DNA of 64,000 nt from positions 1,440,001 to 1,504,000 of the forward strand of contig CAWGMA010000001.1 in assembly GCA_963823555.1 (NCBI GenBank), given 5' to 3'. Below are positions 60,226-64,000 of the stretch, piece by piece. The DNA comes from Candidatus Eiseniibacteriota bacterium (GTDB taxonomy: Bacteria; Eisenbacteria; RBG-16-71-46; CAVPCR01). The notes beneath the pieces were generated by a model. It was given only the letters and a program-made list of their open reading frames with translations, was not told the DNA's origin and searched no databases. The translations under genes were made by a program, and so were the position numbers. The number at the start of each line of letters is the position of its first letter. The first letter of the stretch is position 1.

Positions 60226-60519
60226 CTCGGAACGCGTTCCAGCCGCATCGGGACCGCCACAGCAGTGTGATTCCCCGGCCACACCCCTCCCCTGCCCGAG
60301 TTGAATCCGCCCTCATAACCCCTTGTCCCCCAACGGCCCGGCGAAATCCCTGGATCGGCATGCCGCATGCGCTGGGAGGTGGCCAGTGGTTCGCGGGCTC
60401 CCGCCCCCGGCTCGACCCTCCCGGGGAAGCCAAGGCGGCTTGGCGGTGCGAGTGGGGCCTTGCCACCGCGATTGCGGGTGCCCGCGGCCGCGCCAGCTCC
60501 ACACTGAAGGAGGTCGACC

Positions 60520-61236
60520 ATGAGGGTATCCACGCTGTGCTCGCTCATGCTGGCCGCTGTCCTTGCGAGCCTGCCCGCAACGGAAGCGCTTGGCGGCAGT
60601 GCGCCGGGATGGTCCCTGTCTCGCCGGCCGCGCCACGCTCAGCCACGCCGGCCCACGGATCGCCAGAACTTCGTCCATCTGAAGCTCGGGACCTACGATC
60701 CCGAGGGTCCGGAGAATGGTGGCGCGTTCTTCGGCCTCGTGACCGGCGTCGAGTTCCAGAACCGGGTTACGGTGGGATTCGATCTTGATGTCTACCGGCG
60801 ATCCTACCGCCAGGAGACCCTCATCGCCGAGACCGTCGATCCCACCGGCAATGTCATCACGACGACCGCGACCAGCCTCAGAACAGCCTCGACGCTGGTC
60901 CCGCTCGGCATCTCGATCGGTCTGCGTTTGCCGGGAAGCCGTACGCTGACGCCCTACGTGGGAGCGGCCGCAGCCTACGAGGTCCTGGTCAACGAAGTTC
61001 GCAACTACGACCTGGGTGTCGAGGCCACGAATGTCTACGGCGGGCCGGGATGGAAGGTCTATGGCGGTTTGCTCTGCCCCATCACCCGCGAGGTTCGGGT
61101 CATGGGTGAGCTTGCCTACAACGACGCTCTGGTTCGCCGCAACATCGATCGCTACGCGCTCGGATTGCCGGTGGGAGAGCGGATCGATGTGAGCGGGCTC
61201 GGTGCACGCGTCGGTGTCGAGTTCCATTTCGATTGA
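60520..61236 (+). CDS. Small outer membrane beta-barrel
   Basis: AAGGAGG RBS, signal peptide, TPYVGA, C-terminal GVEFHFD. Confidence 0.78.
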   Translation: MRVSTLCSLMLAAVLASLPATEALGGSAPGWSLSRRPRHAQPRRPTDRQNFVHLKLGTYDPEGPENGGAFFGLVTGVEFQNRVTVGFDLDVYRRSYRQETLIAETVDPTGNVITTTATSLRTASTLVPLGISIGLRLPGSRTLTPYVGAAAAYEVLVNEVRNYDLGVEATNVYGGPGWKVYGGLLCPITREVRVMGELAYNDALVRRNIDRYALGLPVGERIDVSGLGARVGVEFHFD

Positions 61237-61279
61237 CGGCGTCCGAACGGCAGTCGAGCATACGGCGCATCCTCGGTCA

Positions 61280-61308
61280 TTGACACCTCCGGCGCGCTTA
61301 CGTAACCT
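61280..61308 (+). promoter_or_regulatory. Sigma-70 promoter
   Basis: TTGACA-N17-TAACCT. Confidence 0.62.
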
Positions 61309-61388
61309 GCGGCGCGCCGGGCGGGTCCTTCGTCGGCCGCACAGCGGTCACCCAGCCCGGATGGACTCGTGCTGAGGAGGGCTGACCG

Positions 61389-62777
61389 ATGCTGTCCAGC
61401 CGTTCCGCGTCGCTCATCGGTGGCGCGCCTGCATCTTCGCGGAGCCACGGCCGCGGGTACCTGGGATGGGCGGTGATCCTGGCCCTGGCGCTCGCCGCGG
61501 GCGCTGCCAGCGCGGACGAGGACGGCACGGGTTCCGAACGGGAGCTCAAGCCCATCGGCCAGGTGCGCGTGCGCCCCGAGTTCCGGGACAACGCCAACTT
61601 CGACAGCGACCTTTCCGATCGTCAGAAGTTCTTCGGGCAGCGCACCCGGCTCGGACTCGATGCCAAGCTGAACCCGAAGCTGGGAGGACGTATCCTGGTC
61701 CAGGACACTCGTTACTGGGGTGTCGATGAAGGTCCGAACACGGCCTCGACCGGGACCGAGCGCCAGGCCACCGATCTCTTCGAGGGCTACATCGATGTGC
61801 GCTGGATCTGGGATCTCCCCCTCGATTTCCGCCTCGGACGACAAACGCTCAGCTTCGGGCGTGAGCGACTGATCGGGGAGCTCGACTGGTCGAACTCGGC
61901 CCGCACGTTCGATTCCTACAAGCTCCGGTTCACCATGGGCGCCTTCGTCCTCGACGTGTTCTCGGCCAAGCTGGTCGACACCAACACCCCCCGCCCGGAT
62001 ACGACCCAGTTCTATTCAGATCAGGACCGCAACTTCTCCGCGCTCTACATCACCCGAGAAGGGGAACGGGTCGAGCGCGCGGACGTCTACTGGCTACGGG
62101 ACATCGACAAGACCCGCCCGACGACACCCGGTGAGATCAAGCGCCATACGATCGGGGGCATGGCTCGTGTCCGCCTTCCAGCCCACTTCGCGGTCGAGGG
62201 CGAATATGCCTATCAGACGGGCACTGCCGGCAGCGCGTTCGATATCGCGGCCCAGATGCTCACGGCCGAGCTGCACTATTCGCGGCGGGATCTCCGCGAA
62301 CTCAAGATCGTCGGTGGCTTCGACTGGGCCACGGGAGACAGCGATCCCACCGATGACAAGCTCAAGACGTTCAATCAACTCTTCCCCACCGGACACAAGT
62401 TCCTGGGACTGATCGACTACGTGGGACGCCAGAACATCCGCGACTATCGCGCCCAGCTGGAGGGCCAGCTCGTCGGCGCGATCGATGGCCAGATCCAGTA
62501 CCACTGGTTTCAGCTCGATCAACCCGAAGACGCCTGGTACAACGCCGCCGGCGGCATCAATCAGGCGGGGGTGCGGGGGTTCGCCCCCAATCGGGCAAGG
62601 ACCGCGCGCAACCTCGGCAGCGAAATCGATGTGGTCTTCCGTTTCGGTGGCATCATCGACCAGCTGGGACTGGACGCCGGCTACTCGCACTTCTTTCCCG
62701 GCGACGTGGTGGGCTCGGATGGCGGCCCTGAAGATGGCTCCGACTGGGCCTACTTGCAGTTCAGTATCGACATCTAG
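61389..62777 (+). CDS. Alginate-export (AlgE-like) family porin
   Basis: QRTRLG, GRQTLSFGRERLIG..DW, ATGD.DP.D, FNQLFPTGH, LGSEID. Confidence 0.85.
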   Translation: MLSSRSASLIGGAPASSRSHGRGYLGWAVILALALAAGAASADEDGTGSERELKPIGQVRVRPEFRDNANFDSDLSDRQKFFGQRTRLGLDAKLNPKLGGRILVQDTRYWGVDEGPNTASTGTERQATDLFEGYIDVRWIWDLPLDFRLGRQTLSFGRERLIGELDWSNSARTFDSYKLRFTMGAFVLDVFSAKLVDTNTPRPDTTQFYSDQDRNFSALYITREGERVERADVYWLRDIDKTRPTTPGEIKRHTIGGMARVRLPAHFAVEGEYAYQTGTAGSAFDIAAQMLTAELHYSRRDLRELKIVGGFDWATGDSDPTDDKLKTFNQLFPTGHKFLGLIDYVGRQNIRDYRAQLEGQLVGAIDGQIQYHWFQLDQPEDAWYNAAGGINQAGVRGFAPNRARTARNLGSEIDVVFRFGGIIDQLGLDAGYSHFFPGDVVGSDGGPEDGSDWAYLQFSIDI

Positions 62778-62792
62778 ACGGTCGCACAGCAC

Positions 62793-64000
62793 TCACGGTG
62801 CTTGGCCTGCGGTTGATGCGGGACTCACCATCAGGTTGTCGAAGTGCACATGACCCTGGAGCGCGATGAGCCCGATGCGACCGGAACCCGGCTCGTCGAC
62901 GGGCACCGTGGCGCTCAGCACCTTGCGGTCGTCGATCCAGGCGCTGATGAGCTCGCCGCGTGCGGTGATCCGTAAGGCGTGAGTGGCGAGCCCGGGGCGC
63001 ACGTAGGGGAAGTAAGCCGTCTCGATCGGCACGATCTGATCGCCCGCGATGCGGGCGATCACCGCCTCATGGTGCTGAGTCCCCGTCAGAAGCAGGGCCA
63101 CGCCGTTTCCCCGGCTGTCCCCCCGGATCAGAAGCCCGCCAGCGAACGGTGTGCTCCCGTAGCCCTCGATCTTCACTGCGACGTCGAGATCGGTGAACTC
63201 GCTGTCCCCCAGAAGCGTTTGCGCGCGCCGCGTGGCGTCCGGCGAGCATCCAAAGCCGTACTCGCCCTCATGAATGGTCCACGTTCCGGAGAGGACCACG
63301 AAGTCCTCCGTGTCTGCTGGGTCGGCGAAGCTGAAGTTGATCGAACCCCTGTCAGCTGCCCCCGTGACGGGCTGAGAAGGCGGTCCCTCGTTCCCGTTCA
63401 CGTCGGCTGCGGCCACCGCATAGCTCCAGGTCTCACCGGGGTCCACGGCGAGATCGCGATAGTGCGTTTGCTCGAACACTTGAGCCACGGCCTGGATCGC
63501 CGCCGTGTTCTGGAAGCTGGGATCCGGACCGCGATAGATGTGGTAGCTCGCAACATGCTGATTGTCGGTAGCGGGTTCCCAGGAGACTCCGAGCCCGACG
63601 GTCACCGGCTTGACCTCGACGCCGGTCACGATCTGCGGCGGACGCTGATCGAAGTAGACGCTCGAGGTCTTGAGTCCAAGGTCGAGCCCCTGGGCGATCC
63701 AGTCCGGCATGGAACCGCGCACGAAGAGAAAGGCCCGGATACCGTGACGAACGATGGCATCTGTTCGTAGCCGCCCGTTCTGCGTGGTTCCGAGGTGAGT
63801 GACCGAGAACCCTTCGATCGTGTCCGCGCTCAGCATCTCGACCGCATAGTCCCCGGCGTAGCCGAGGGCGGGAAAATCGACCCAGATCGCGGTCGAATCC
63901 TGATCCGCGAGGGAGAGGTTCGCCGTGACCAGCAGTGCCGCGTCGTCGCTCATGCGATACACCACGGACCAGAAATCGAGGTTGGATGAAGCGGAGACCG
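62793..64000 (-). CDS. C-terminal part of a large protein with FN3 and DUF1080-like domains; start beyond the window
   Basis: SWEPATDN..VASYHIYR, YAVAAADVNGNEG, GRIGL..HVHFDNL; frame open to the window edge. Confidence 0.75.
   Translation of the reverse strand, partial: VSASSNLDFWSVVYRMSDDAALLVTANLSLADQDSTAIWVDFPALGYAGDYAVEMLSADTIEGFSVTHLGTTQNGRLRTDAIVRHGIRAFLFVRGSMPDWIAQGLDLGLKTSSVYFDQRPPQIVTGVEVKPVTVGLGVSWEPATDNQHVASYHIYRGPDPSFQNTAAIQAVAQVFEQTHYRDLAVDPGETWSYAVAAADVNGNEGPPSQPVTGAADRGSINFSFADPADTEDFVVLSGTWTIHEGEYGFGCSPDATRRAQTLLGDSEFTDLDVAVKIEGYGSTPFAGGLLIRGDSRGNGVALLLTGTQHHEAVIARIAGDQIVPIETAYFPYVRPGLATHALRITARGELISAWIDDRKVLSATVPVDEPGSGRIGLIALQGHVHFDNLMVSPASTAGQAP

Noticed and set aside
1..64000. 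CRISPR array, prophage, IS element or defence island
   Set aside because: No repeat-spacer arrays, integrase, transposase or phage genes, and no obvious compositional break seen

Overview
High-GC bacterial chromosomal segment of mostly core and envelope genes. The lineage is inferred to be Latescibacterota/Eisenbacteria/Krumholzibacteria-like, from a PorV-like barrel, a FlgD-Ig C-terminal domain and a TWGxIK C-terminal motif. Left half: tRNA-Leu(CAA), secreted S8 protease, TetR-TolC-HlyD-ABC efflux operon (four single-base frameshifts, probably assembly errors), OmpA protein, TamA/TamB, M17/M20/M14/zincin peptidases, an OmpR-type two-component system and rpsU. Right half: a DUF6504-dinB-dnaE2 mutagenesis cassette, two PilZ proteins, queE, tdh, TPR/PEGA proteins, a glgC pair, thiS/G/E, rnr, bS22, HU/IHF, sppA, oppD/F-like ATPases and outer-membrane barrels. 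I found no CRISPR array, integrase or transposase. The most unusual signals are intergenic. (1) At about 23790-23990 (minus) a stand-alone unit has a 16-nt near-perfect complement of the 16S rRNA 3' end, a 14-codon ORF, alternative hairpins and a terminator. (2) At about 56400-56640 (minus) a consensus sigma-54 promoter drives a roughly 210-nt structured region with no convincing gene. (3) Two sigma-28-like promoters with identical spacing precede a PilZ gene and an uncharacterised BON-like/TPR/PEGA operon. (4) The rpsU leader looks switch-like. All calls are by eye from motifs; no searches were run.
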